Assembly: GCA_031265105.1 (NCBI GenBank)
Contig: JAISDC010000046.1
Location: forward strand, 1-47,005
DNA length: 47,005 nt
Source: Verrucomicrobiales bacterium
GTDB taxonomy: Bacteria; Verrucomicrobiota; Verrucomicrobiia; Methylacidiphilales; JAAUTS01
Direction: 5' to 3'
A program made the position numbers and the translations under genes. The first letter of the stretch is position 1. Each line of letters begins with the position of its first letter. Of this stretch, positions 17,307 to 25,758 are shown piece after piece. The notes below the pieces were generated by a model. The model worked only from the letters and a program-made list of their open reading frames with translations. It ran no database searches and was not told the DNA's origin.

Positions 17307-17492
17307 AAATTCACACAGCAAGGATAATTTGCGGATTTTTATGATCTATTTGTTATGGCATCTCAATACGCTGATCATGTATCTCGCCTGCGCAAATTCC
17401 TCTTCCGTGAGGAAGGTAACTCGCTGACGCGGAAACGAACCCCACTAACTAAATCCGCAAACTGCTTGCCATGCGCTGACGATGAGGGTAGC

Positions 17493-18134
17493 ATGAATGA
17501 GATGTCCGACCCCCAGCGGGCCGCCAATCAGCACAATCGGACTTCACCCGCTGGCGGATTAAGTGAAGCCGAGTTTTGGCGGCAAGCGACCATGCCGCTG
17601 GCTATTGCCACTCTTGCTGAAGCCAAACAACAAGCGCGCCGGTTGGTAGGACGCCCGTTAACCAATGTCGCGACCGGCTTGGTGGCCGCCGTCTCCAATA
17701 ATAGTGTCAGCAAAATGACCAGCGGCAGCGCGGTTAAAAAATCCGGTTCCCTGACCGCGCATGCGCTGGCAATTGCAAATTTGGACACATTGTTCAAAAA
17801 CGCCGCGCTGGTTGAAACGCGCGCTGATCGCAACAATAATCCAGACATCATGGCGATTCACCGTTTTTACGCGCCGCTGAATGTCACCGGGGAAATTTAC
17901 GCGGTAAAACTCACAGTCAAATCCTTGACTGCAAAGGAGCAGGGAAACCGGATTTATACGGTGGAAGCTCTGGATATGGCGAAGCCCGACATAAAGCGGG
18001 TTGAACCTGCGAAGAATAATCCTGCAACCTCAATCCAATATGCGGGCTTCATTGGTAAGCTACGTTCTCGGCAGGATATTGTCAACGGGAAAAATGAACT
18101 CCCTGGGCAGTATTGTCACGAGCCTCATGAATAA
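17493..18134 (+). CDS. Hypothetical protein; resembles a module of phage/conjugative-element polyvalent proteins
   Basis: ORF 17355..18134; ATG 17493 is preceded by GAGGG. The motif string TG..A.VS..SVSKM.SG.A.KKS......H..A..NLD.LF..A......R....NP.I.AIHRFYAP....G.IY.VKLTVK......GN.IY..EAL recalls, from memory only, LPD/PBECR-type domains. The region has low GC. Confidence 0.55.
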   Translation: MNEMSDPQRAANQHNRTSPAGGLSEAEFWRQATMPLAIATLAEAKQQARRLVGRPLTNVATGLVAAVSNNSVSKMTSGSAVKKSGSLTAHALAIANLDTLFKNAALVETRADRNNNPDIMAIHRFYAPLNVTGEIYAVKLTVKSLTAKEQGNRIYTVEALDMAKPDIKRVEPAKNNPATSIQYAGFIGKLRSRQDIVNGKNELPGQYCHEPHE

Positions 18135-18263
18135 TCCGTGTATTGGGTGCCGCAAACAGGTCAACTTCAGCGCCGAATTTTTTTAAAAAAATATTTTAAA
18201 AACCGGTTGACATGATTTATCAGGTAGTTCAACATAACCAAATAAACGAAAAGGAGCAAATCA

Positions 18264-19082
18264 ATGAAATCAAGTCTATCAATTGTTATGGCGGCGCTGT
18301 TACTGGCGGCGCAACCTTGGAATCAAGCCGAAGCCACGGTGTTCATTGACCTGAATTTTTCCGGCGATACCGCGAAAAATTCCGGCGTGATGGGTGACGG
18401 CAATGTGGGACTACACGACGGCAGGGGCACTTTTTTGGGCGCGGGCACGGGCGCCTGGGAAAATGTCAACGCCACGGGCAATCCCGCCGGACGCGCTTAC
18501 AAGACCGGGGCCAGTGTCTCAGGTTCAGGCACGGGCAACGGGACGATTTCCTGGATTTCCGCCAAGCCCATGGAGGGCATCACGACGCTCACGTTTTACG
18601 CTTGGGTCAAGCCGAGCGCGCTGATGGAGGGAGGCCGCTTGTGGTCCTGGGGTTCCGGGCGCGCGAACGCTTTGATTCAGGTGGCGGGTGACGGCACGAT
18701 GCGGTTGAATACGGTGGTTAACAGTGAATTGGTGGGCAGCAGCCTGAGTTTCGGCCCCGCTGACAGTAGCGTGCTGGGCAAGGAGGCGATCAGCAAGTGG
18801 CTGTTTGTCGGCGTGACCTATGACAGCGTGGCGGGCACGCTGACCGGGTATGTCGGACGGGCGGAAGACGAGTACCTCGCCAGCGAGAGCAGGGAATACT
18901 CGGCGGGCGCGCTGACCCAGGCCGCGGTGAGCGGGCTGACCCTATTGAATTCGACGCCGTTGGCGACCAACAACCGGCCGTTTGCCGGGTCGCTCGGCGC
19001 TTTTTATCTCTCGGATGAGAAAGTGGATTTCAAGGCGATCTTCAACGCGCAGAAAGCCGCTTTTAAGGCGGTATCAAAATAA
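18264..19082 (+). CDS. Secreted LamG/concanavalin-A-like lectin-fold protein (no PEP-CTERM anchor)
   Basis: Signal peptide MKSSLSIVMAALLLAAQPWNQAEA and strong SD AAGGAG. TLTFYAWVKP...WLFVGVTYD pattern of LamG_3-type domains. N- and C-terminal ends are homologous to the next gene. Confidence 0.75.
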   Translation: MKSSLSIVMAALLLAAQPWNQAEATVFIDLNFSGDTAKNSGVMGDGNVGLHDGRGTFLGAGTGAWENVNATGNPAGRAYKTGASVSGSGTGNGTISWISAKPMEGITTLTFYAWVKPSALMEGGRLWSWGSGRANALIQVAGDGTMRLNTVVNSELVGSSLSFGPADSSVLGKEAISKWLFVGVTYDSVAGTLTGYVGRAEDEYLASESREYSAGALTQAAVSGLTLLNSTPLATNNRPFAGSLGAFYLSDEKVDFKAIFNAQKAAFKAVSK

Positions 19083-19110
19083 ACAAAAAAACAAGAAAAG
19101 CGAGGCTGAA

Positions 19111-20013
19111 ATGAAAACAAGTATATTGGTGATGACGGCGGCGCTGTTGGTGGCGTCACAACCTTGGAATCAGGCAAAGGCTACCGTGTTTATTGACTTG
19201 GACCTTTCTGATCACACTACCGACACTGTGACAAACAACGGCACATGGGGAACTGGAACAGTGGGGCTTCTTAATAGTGGCACTTGGGAATCTGCGGGCG
19301 CTTGGGAAAATGTCAATGCAACAGGCAATCCTGCCGGATTAGCCTATGATACTGTGGCTTCTAACACCATAGCTGGTGGCGGGAAAATCTGGTGGAAAGA
19401 CACTAATATCAGTACATCAGATCTTAATACCCTCACGTTTTACGCGTGGCTCAAGCCAGAGTATATAACGTCTAATGGTGCTAATCGGGTGTTTAATTCT
19501 TATAGTACTAGTAGTACTGGTACTGGTAATATAAATGCCATGATTGGGAAAAATGGTAGTGACATCATGTTACTGCAGATTACGATTAACGGTACAACTC
19601 ATAATTTAAATTTTGGGGATGTTGAATCCAGTGTATTGGGTAATAAGTCGCTCGACAATTGGGTATTTGTCGGCATGACTTATAATAGTGAGAGCGGACT
19701 GAGTACGTACGCTGGGTTGGCAACTGATACTGATCTCGTCAATGTTAATGATGATTTACAGAATGGAGTTATTAAATTTTCGCAATGGTATGAGTTTACA
19801 TTATTGGATGGCAGTTCTAGCGGCAATCGGCCGTTTGTCGGATCGCTCGGCGAGTTTTACCTCTCGGATGAAGTGGTGGATTTTGAGTCTGTTTTCAACA
19901 GTACAAAATATAATTTCATCGCCGTCCCCGAAGTCTCTGCCAGTCTCCTGATGCTCGCGGGTGGCGCGCTGCTGCTGGGCTGGTTGCATCGTCAGCGTCG
20001 GCGGGCTTCCTAA
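19111..20013 (+). CDS. LamG-like protein with C-terminal PEP-CTERM sorting signal
   Basis: ATG 19111 (MKTSILVMTAALLVASQPWNQAKA). The C-terminus AVPEVSASLLMLAGGALLLGWLHRQRRRAS is PE-motif, TM helix, Arg cluster. The track start at 18982 would overlap the previous gene. Confidence 0.8.
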   Translation: MKTSILVMTAALLVASQPWNQAKATVFIDLDLSDHTTDTVTNNGTWGTGTVGLLNSGTWESAGAWENVNATGNPAGLAYDTVASNTIAGGGKIWWKDTNISTSDLNTLTFYAWLKPEYITSNGANRVFNSYSTSSTGTGNINAMIGKNGSDIMLLQITINGTTHNLNFGDVESSVLGNKSLDNWVFVGMTYNSESGLSTYAGLATDTDLVNVNDDLQNGVIKFSQWYEFTLLDGSSSGNRPFVGSLGEFYLSDEVVDFESVFNSTKYNFIAVPEVSASLLMLAGGALLLGWLHRQRRRAS

Positions 20014-20039
20014 GCGGATCAGGCGAAAGATGCCCCTCC

Positions 20040-21542
20040 ATGAGCGCGCCATTCAAGGTCTTGTACAGCAACGACCTCACACACATCGAAACCTGCGTCA
20101 GTCCCTATCACCGCCGGGGTGAAAAATTTAATCGCGACATGCTGAATGCCTCGGTGGATGAAACCGCTGACACTGGCATTGACGCGCATATGCTGCAACC
20201 GGGTTTCGGCTGGATAGCGCTCTGGCAAAGCCAGGTGCTGCCGCCCGCGCGGCATTGGGATTGGCTCAGGAACACGTATGACATTCGGGAGGCGGATCAC
20301 TATCTGGCATATGTGCTGAACGGGGGCGATATTGTCCGGGATTTCACCCGGCGCTGCCGCGAGAAAAACCTGGCGCCGTTCATCTCCTACCGGATGAACG
20401 ACACGCATCACCTCGAAAAGCTGCACAGCCAGCACGCTGACGGTGCGCAGCTCAATGTCAGCGAATTTTACCAACAGCATCCCGAATACATTCTGGAACC
20501 CGCCTCAAACTCCTGGCAGGACCGCGGCCAGAATTGGGCTATCCCGGAAGTCCGGGAGTACAAGTTTTCCTTCATTCGGGAGTTATGTGAAAATTACGAT
20601 CTCGACGGCCTGGAACTGGATTTCGTGCGGTATCCGCGGTTGTTCCGGCTGCATGAGACGCCGCCGGAGCAGCGGGAAGCCATTCTCACCGAATTTGTCA
20701 CCAGAGTGCGGACGCTGCTGGACGCCACGGCGCGGGGAACCAAGCGCTGGCTGTCGCTGAGAATTCCGTTGCCCGCTGACACTCACGGCAAACTGGGGAT
20801 TAATTTCGCTCGGCTGGACGCTGCTGGTGTCGATATGTTTAATTTGTCCAGTTACTATTATACCGTGCAAAATACCGATATATCTCTTATACGACAGGCA
20901 ACTAAAAATACTTCTTTGTATCTGGAAATGACCAACTGTATTTCCGTCGGTGCCGCAGTTGACCAGGAGGATGGCGACAATTTTGAATTGCTGAACGCGA
21001 CGGAAAACCAGTTGCGCACGGCGGCGCAGAGCGCCTATGCCCAGGGTGTTGACGGCATCAGCCTGTTCAACTTTGTGTACTACCGGAAACACGGCTCCGA
21101 AAAAAAGCAAACCGCTGTCAGTGAGCCGCCGTTCGGGGCCATCAAACGGCTGCGGGAGCGCACGGTCGCGACCAACAGCGTCCGGCATTATTTCATCGGC
21201 TCCCATTGGCAGGACGACGGCTCCCTCCCCAAAAGCATGTCCCTGTACGGCCAGTATGCCGAGCTGACCATGAACATTGTCCCGTCCGGCGCTGACCATG
21301 CCGCCTTGTTCGCGCATGTGGACCATGCCGCGGCGGGCGATTGGGAAGTGTGGGTCAACGACCGGCCGGTGTTCCGCTGTGATGCCGTGCCCTGCGAGTG
21401 GCGGACGCCGCGACATGCCGCAAAGGTGCTCGGCTGGCCGATTCCCGTGGAAATCCTGAATGAGGGAGCGAACGAGATTGTGTTTCGCTCGAAGGACGCG
21501 GTGAAATCGGTGCTTGATTTTGTGGAACTCATTGTCTGGTAG
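20040..21542 (+). CDS. Hypothetical glycoside-hydrolase-like TIM-barrel protein
   Basis: 500 aa. ...YRMNDTHH..., WAIPEVREY...LDGLELDFVRYP pattern resembles GH-like (GHL) barrels. Family not assigned. Confidence 0.6.
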   Translation: MSAPFKVLYSNDLTHIETCVSPYHRRGEKFNRDMLNASVDETADTGIDAHMLQPGFGWIALWQSQVLPPARHWDWLRNTYDIREADHYLAYVLNGGDIVRDFTRRCREKNLAPFISYRMNDTHHLEKLHSQHADGAQLNVSEFYQQHPEYILEPASNSWQDRGQNWAIPEVREYKFSFIRELCENYDLDGLELDFVRYPRLFRLHETPPEQREAILTEFVTRVRTLLDATARGTKRWLSLRIPLPADTHGKLGINFARLDAAGVDMFNLSSYYYTVQNTDISLIRQATKNTSLYLEMTNCISVGAAVDQEDGDNFELLNATENQLRTAAQSAYAQGVDGISLFNFVYYRKHGSEKKQTAVSEPPFGAIKRLRERTVATNSVRHYFIGSHWQDDGSLPKSMSLYGQYAELTMNIVPSGADHAALFAHVDHAAAGDWEVWVNDRPVFRCDAVPCEWRTPRHAAKVLGWPIPVEILNEGANEIVFRSKDAVKSVLDFVELIVW

Positions 21543-21565
21543 TCCCGGCATGAAAAAAATTCGAT

Positions 21566-24500
21566 ATGCGTAAAAAATCCCTGGTTATGTTATTTGGAGC
21601 GGCCTGCGCCGCTGTGATTGCCATGCCGCCCGCGGTTGCCGCCGCCGCTGACGCTGGCGAACTGTTCGGCAATTATCCGCCGCCGTATGCGAAACTGCAA
21701 CCGGTCGGCGCGGCGGACAAGCCGTATGGAACGGTTAATTTCTGGAAAACGGACCGGCTGGAGGTGCCGGTTTACTCAGGCAGCGGGAATATGCTGTTGA
21801 ACCCGTCGTTCGAGGAAGGGTTTAAATATTACACGTTTCCGCCGGACATCGGCACCTATGAAAAAGGTTATGAGGAGAAATACTCCATCGACCGGACGGA
21901 GTATAAATTTGGCCGGGCGTCCTTGAAAATAAAGGCGCTGACGCTGACGGGGATTCGGTCGTTCGATAATTTGCAATCGTTCGGTTATCCGGTCAAGGCG
22001 GGCACCGCGTATGTGCTGAGTTTTTACGCGAAAGCCAGCCAGCCGAACATTCGCCTCCGGGTGGGGCATTATTCCGAAAACACGAATGCCAAGGAGAAAA
22101 CCCCTAACGTCTCAAAAGGCGAGTTTGCGCTCACGGACAGTTGGGAGCGGTATGTCATCACCGTCAAGGCCAATTCGACCGGTTATTCCTTTAATCTGCA
22201 AATTCTGGACCACGTGGAAGGCGGGGCCGCGTGGGTGGATGGCCTCCAGTTTGAAGAAGGGGACAGCGCGACGGAATTCGCCGACCGGCCAGTGTCAGCG
22301 ACGCTGGTTACCGCGGCGCCGGGCAATTTCCTGACGCCGGGCCAAAAAACGGACGGCGCGCTGCTGGTGAAAACCGCCGTCCCCGCGCAAAGCGGTGCGG
22401 TGGAAGTCGTCGTCAAGGATTTCTTCTACCATGAAACCAGTCTGGGAAAATTCGAGTTCACCACCGACGCTGACGGTGTGGCGGCAATAAAATTGCCACT
22501 GGACGATTTCGTGGCGCAGCGGACGGGCGTGTTCGTCGTGCGCGCCCAGACCAAGCTCGCTGACGGACAGACCGGGGTTGAATATTCCCGTTTTTCGGTC
22601 ATGCACAACATGCAGGGCCGGCATCGGAACAAGAATATTTTTGCCTATCATCAACTGGTTATTCCAAATCAGGAGGCGGGACTGCAACGCTGGCGGGACA
22701 TCGGCCTGGGGTCGGTCAATTATTTCTTTTACAATTTCCATAACAAACTGCTGTTCGACTTGCTCAAGCAGTATGACATCGAGGACACCGGCGCCCTGAT
22801 GCGCCAGCATTGGGAAAAATCCGGCCCGCGCTTCACGGGCAACACCATCGCCATCCAGGAACACGGGGCGGCCGATCCGAATCCCCAGGTGTTGGTGCAG
22901 GGGATGGTGGAGTGGGACAGCGTCAGCCCGGAGCGGGAACAGGCAGTGCAGTCCGCCGCCAGGGAATGGGCGCGGTATTATCACTGGCGGAAAAATTTCG
23001 CCTTCCATCAGGAAATCGAAAACAAGATGATGCTCAACGGCAGCTACGATGACCTGGCCCGGCTGTTGATCGCGTGCGCGCGGGGCGTGAAAGAAGCCTC
23101 CGCTGATAATCAGGCTTATCTCGAAGGCGGCGCTGCCAATGTGAAGATGGGAACTTCTCTCGTGGATAATTTGCTGACTGCCAGCGAGAAAGTCGCGCCG
23201 GGGTTCAAGTTTGACCGCTTCGCGGTGCACGCTTACGGCCACCCCGAAAGCGAGGAAATGGAGGAGTTGTTAAAAAACTTTTTGGCGGTGCTGGACCGGC
23301 ACGGCTACGGCAGCGCGCCGGTTTATATCAACGAAGGCGGGTATTACGCCCCGTTTAGCATCGAGGATTGGCGGCTGACGCCGTATCGACCGTTCCTCAT
23401 GGATCAATATCATTTGTGGGGCATCAGTTACGACATGGGGTGGGGCGAGCGAGTGTCAGCGGCGCTCAAGGCCAGGGCATGGCTGCTGACGCTGAAACAT
23501 CAGGACCGCATCAAGCAATTCAACATGTGGCGGCCGTTCATCTATCTGGATTGCGACTTGACGCCGCTGGCGGTGCAAAAGACGGTCAATACGCTTTCCC
23601 GGCTGTTTGGCAACGCCTCGTTCAAGCAGGAAGTGTCCTTCGCGCCCAAAAGCAAGGCGTATGTGTTTGAGGACGACGACCAAATCCCCATCGCCGCGAT
23701 TTGGGGCTATGAGGACGCGGTGGAAACCGGCGTGAAGTCGCCCCCGCTGTTGTCCATTCCGTTGAATGGCGGCATTGTCAGCGTGGTGGATCTCATGGAG
23801 AACACCATGCCGATTCCCGCGACGCAGACTTCCCTGCAGTTGCCGCTGACGCCGTTCCCGATTTTCCTCAAGGGTCACCAGGGCGGGCTGAAAAAGTTAG
23901 TCGATGTCGTGGAAAGCATCTCGGTCGAAGACGCCAATTATCCGCCGATTCAGCTTACGTCCCGCCTCAAAGACCGCGACACGCTGACATTGCGGGTTAA
24001 AAATTTGCTGAGCAGGAGTTTTTCCGGCGACTTGAGTGTGCAGAACGGGAGCGCGTCAGCAACAGCGAAGCATCTGGAGATTCCGGGCCTGACGGAAATT
24101 ACCGTCGATGTCAAATTGCGCGCGCCGGTTGCAAACTCGCGGATCAACCGGGACACCATCTCGTGGAAGCTGAATGCATCAGGGGGCAGCAGCTATTCCG
24201 GTGTCATTGTGGAAGAATCCTTCGGGATCCGCAAGGCTGCCGCAAAAATATCCCTGACCGGTGACTTGTCGGAATGGGACGGCATTCCGTATATTGCGAT
24301 GACGAATCTTCGGGTGCGTTCCAAGGAAATCGAGAAGGATTTCCGCATCAGCCAGGGCGGAACCTCAGCACCAGCGGAATTGCAAGCCAGGTTCAAGACG
24401 GCGTGGGACGACGAGTATTTTTACCTGCTGGTCGATGTCACGGACAGCAAGCTGTTTGCCGGCGCCCGCATCACCAATCGGGCGGAAGTGACGGATTGCG

Positions 24501-24931
24501 ACGTGCTGATCGCCTATTTTGACACGTTGTGCGACGGCAAGGACCGGAACACGCTGCGGGTGGACAGTGACGATTATTACTACGCTTTTCTGCCGAAACC
24601 TGAGGAGGGGAAGGTGCTGGTTTATACCCAGGAGACAGCCAATCAGCAGCTAGGCCTTGGGGTGAACGCGGTAAAGGCCAGAACGCTGGTGACGGAAGTG
24701 AAGACGGTGTTCAAGCAAACCGAAACAGGATATTTTTACGAAGTCGCGTTTCCCCAGTGGATGCTGCTGCCGCTGCAACTGCGCGAGGGGGCCGCGTTTG
24801 GATTCGGACTGTTGGTCAACGATAAAAACGATGAGCAGGACGCGGGCCGCAGCTTGAATCTTTCCTATCCGCCAAAGTCTTCCTGCTGGCGGCACGCCAA
24901 CTTCTGGCCTCATGCCATTCTGGAGAAATAA
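21566..24931 (+). CDS. Large secreted multidomain glycan-active protein (CBM4/9-like N-terminal module, clan-A-like barrel, CBM9/DOMON-like C-terminal module)
   Basis: 1121 aa with a signal peptide. NPSFEEG...W motif of CBM_4_9-type modules and a central ...VYINEGGYY... (NE-type acid/base motif). C-terminal WDDEYFYLLVDVTDSKL resembles CBM9. Confidence 0.65.
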   Translation: MRKKSLVMLFGAACAAVIAMPPAVAAAADAGELFGNYPPPYAKLQPVGAADKPYGTVNFWKTDRLEVPVYSGSGNMLLNPSFEEGFKYYTFPPDIGTYEKGYEEKYSIDRTEYKFGRASLKIKALTLTGIRSFDNLQSFGYPVKAGTAYVLSFYAKASQPNIRLRVGHYSENTNAKEKTPNVSKGEFALTDSWERYVITVKANSTGYSFNLQILDHVEGGAAWVDGLQFEEGDSATEFADRPVSATLVTAAPGNFLTPGQKTDGALLVKTAVPAQSGAVEVVVKDFFYHETSLGKFEFTTDADGVAAIKLPLDDFVAQRTGVFVVRAQTKLADGQTGVEYSRFSVMHNMQGRHRNKNIFAYHQLVIPNQEAGLQRWRDIGLGSVNYFFYNFHNKLLFDLLKQYDIEDTGALMRQHWEKSGPRFTGNTIAIQEHGAADPNPQVLVQGMVEWDSVSPEREQAVQSAAREWARYYHWRKNFAFHQEIENKMMLNGSYDDLARLLIACARGVKEASADNQAYLEGGAANVKMGTSLVDNLLTASEKVAPGFKFDRFAVHAYGHPESEEMEELLKNFLAVLDRHGYGSAPVYINEGGYYAPFSIEDWRLTPYRPFLMDQYHLWGISYDMGWGERVSAALKARAWLLTLKHQDRIKQFNMWRPFIYLDCDLTPLAVQKTVNTLSRLFGNASFKQEVSFAPKSKAYVFEDDDQIPIAAIWGYEDAVETGVKSPPLLSIPLNGGIVSVVDLMENTMPIPATQTSLQLPLTPFPIFLKGHQGGLKKLVDVVESISVEDANYPPIQLTSRLKDRDTLTLRVKNLLSRSFSGDLSVQNGSASATAKHLEIPGLTEITVDVKLRAPVANSRINRDTISWKLNASGGSSYSGVIVEESFGIRKAAAKISLTGDLSEWDGIPYIAMTNLRVRSKEIEKDFRISQGGTSAPAELQARFKTAWDDEYFYLLVDVTDSKLFAGARITNRAEVTDCDVLIAYFDTLCDGKDRNTLRVDSDDYYYAFLPKPEEGKVLVYTQETANQQLGLGVNAVKARTLVTEVKTVFKQTETGYFYEVAFPQWMLLPLQLREGAAFGFGLLVNDKNDEQDAGRSLNLSYPPKSSCWRHANFWPHAILEK

Positions 24932-24942
24932 CAAGGTGGTTT

Positions 24943-25728
24943 ATGTCCATGACGAATAAGGTAAAGCAAGCTTTGGTTAACCGGCAGGTGACTTTTGGCT
25001 CGTGGCTGCAAATCGGCGCGTGTCCGGGCGTCGCGGAAATTCTGGCCAATGCCGGTTACGATTGGCTGGTAGTCGATTGCGAGCATTCCGCTATCGATGT
25101 CGAGGGATTTACCGCCTTGGCGCGGGGGATGCACGGGCGGGGGCCGCTGCCGCTGGCCCGCGTCCGGGAAAACGACACGCTGGCCATCAGGCAAATGCTC
25201 GACGCGGGCGCGCAGGGAATCATTGTGCCGTTGGTGAACAACGCTGATGAAGCGCGCCGGGCGGTCGCCGCGGCGAAGTATCCGCCGCAGGGCATCCGCG
25301 GTTTTTGCTTTTCCCGGATGAACGATTACGGCGTCAATTTTGACGAATATGCCGCCGCTGCCAATGACAACATCGCGCTGATCGTGATGATCGAATCAAG
25401 GCAGGCGGTCGAGGAAATCGATAAAATCCTGAATGTCAGCGGAGTAGATGGCGTCTTGATCGGCCCGTATGATTTGAGCGGTTCGTATGAATTGACCGGC
25501 CAAACGAATCATCCGACCATCCGGGCGGCGCGCGAAAAAGTGGCCGCGGCCTGCCAACGGCACGGCAAGTCGGCGGGCTTGCACTTGGTGCATCCCACGC
25601 GGGAGTCGATTCAGGACACCATCGACCATGGTTTTACTTTTATTGCCCTGGGGGTTGACATGGTGTTTTTGAACGAAGCCTCCCGTTCCGCGCTCAACCT
25701 GGCCAGGGAGATTTCAGCCGGGAACTAA
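24943..25728 (+). CDS. HpcH/HpaI-family aldolase (2-keto-3-deoxy-sugar-acid aldolase type)
   Basis: GSWLQIG.PGVAEILANAGYDWLVVDCEHS, RVRENDT..IRQMLDAGAQGIIVP and YPPQGIRG. AAGGTGG lies upstream of the ATG. Confidence 0.85.
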   Translation: MSMTNKVKQALVNRQVTFGSWLQIGACPGVAEILANAGYDWLVVDCEHSAIDVEGFTALARGMHGRGPLPLARVRENDTLAIRQMLDAGAQGIIVPLVNNADEARRAVAAAKYPPQGIRGFCFSRMNDYGVNFDEYAAAANDNIALIVMIESRQAVEEIDKILNVSGVDGVLIGPYDLSGSYELTGQTNHPTIRAAREKVAAACQRHGKSAGLHLVHPTRESIQDTIDHGFTFIALGVDMVFLNEASRSALNLAREISAGN

Positions 25729-25758
25729 CCAGTCAACCGATCAGATTTCCTTCCTTTT

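Noticed and set aside
18207-18235. Promoter TTGACA-17-CAACAT upstream of the first LamG-like gene
   Set aside because: The -35 box is perfect but no convincing -10 hexamer follows at 16-19 nt spacing. This is too weak to list as a feature.
18982-19110. Upstream extension of the PEP-CTERM protein ORF (start 18982), and likewise 29495 for GH130, 17355 for the orphan gene, 34815 for the SGNH hydrolase, 43580 for the serine hydrolase
   Set aside because: The extensions overlap the preceding gene or lack coding character. Downstream ATGs give proper signal peptides or family N-termini and have SD-like sequences. The 17355 start remains possible.
17277-20013. Calling the low-GC islet a defined mobile element or prophage
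   Set aside because: I found no integrase, transposase, tRNA target, terminal inverted or direct repeats. It is reported only as a compositional islet.
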